Assembly (NCBI RefSeq): GCF_963921235.1
Contig: NC_086107.1
Coordinates: forward strand, 115,942,001-116,006,000
Direction of reading: 5' to 3'
From: Mobula hypostoma
Taxonomy: Eukaryota
Length of the DNA stretch: 64,000 nt
This document shows positions 63,894 to 64,000 of the stretch, one piece after another. Position numbers and translations under genes: made by a program. The number at the start of each line of letters is the position of its first letter. Position 1 is the first letter of the stretch. The notes under the pieces were generated by a model. It saw only the letters and a program-made list of their open reading frames with translations, was not told where the DNA came from and searched no databases.

Positions 63894-64000
63894 CTCTTGG
63901 CCATCGCCCTCTACCTGATCAGAGGTCGGTCCCATTCCCAACAGCTTCCCGAGGTGTCCCGGCTGGATGCTGAACAGGATCTCATGCAGTCAAATATTGT
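63894..64000 (+). CDS. putative next coding exon of the same gene (runs off the window or ends at an internal donor)
   Basis: Strong acceptor CCTTCCTCCCGTCTCCCACAG|; phase-0 frame LLAIALYLIRGRSHSQQLPEVSRLDAEQDLMQSNI continues the hydrophobic segment. Confidence 0.55.

Overview
This is vertebrate genomic DNA, most likely a cartilaginous fish and probably a ray. That assignment is inferred from the CR1, Rex1/Babar, V-SINE-like and 52-bp satellite content. The window is GC-rich and saturated with minisatellites. Two spliced genes lie in tandem on the minus strand, and I reconstructed both exon by exon with GT-AG sites and consistent phases. eif3c has 19 coding exons at 2104-22659 (882 codons); its last exon lies beyond the left edge. 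cln3/battenin is complete, with 16 coding exons at 29404-61155 (441 aa). A third, unidentified gene appears to start on the plus strand at 63427, diverging from the cln3 promoter. Nearly all long ORFs in the supplied track are artefacts of low-complexity repeats, and there is no prokaryote-type system here. Best leads: (1) inverted 52-bp arrays bracketing a 633-nt, phase-0, stop-free four-exon block of eif3c (circRNA candidate); (2) about 70 tandem TGACGTGG/A (UPRE-type) sites in a cln3 intron; (3) a LINE tail that supplies an eif3c splice acceptor; (4) a duplicated in-frame acceptor in eif3c; (5) a 9-kb AG-free zone before a cln3 exon; (6) several minisatellites born inside retroposons.
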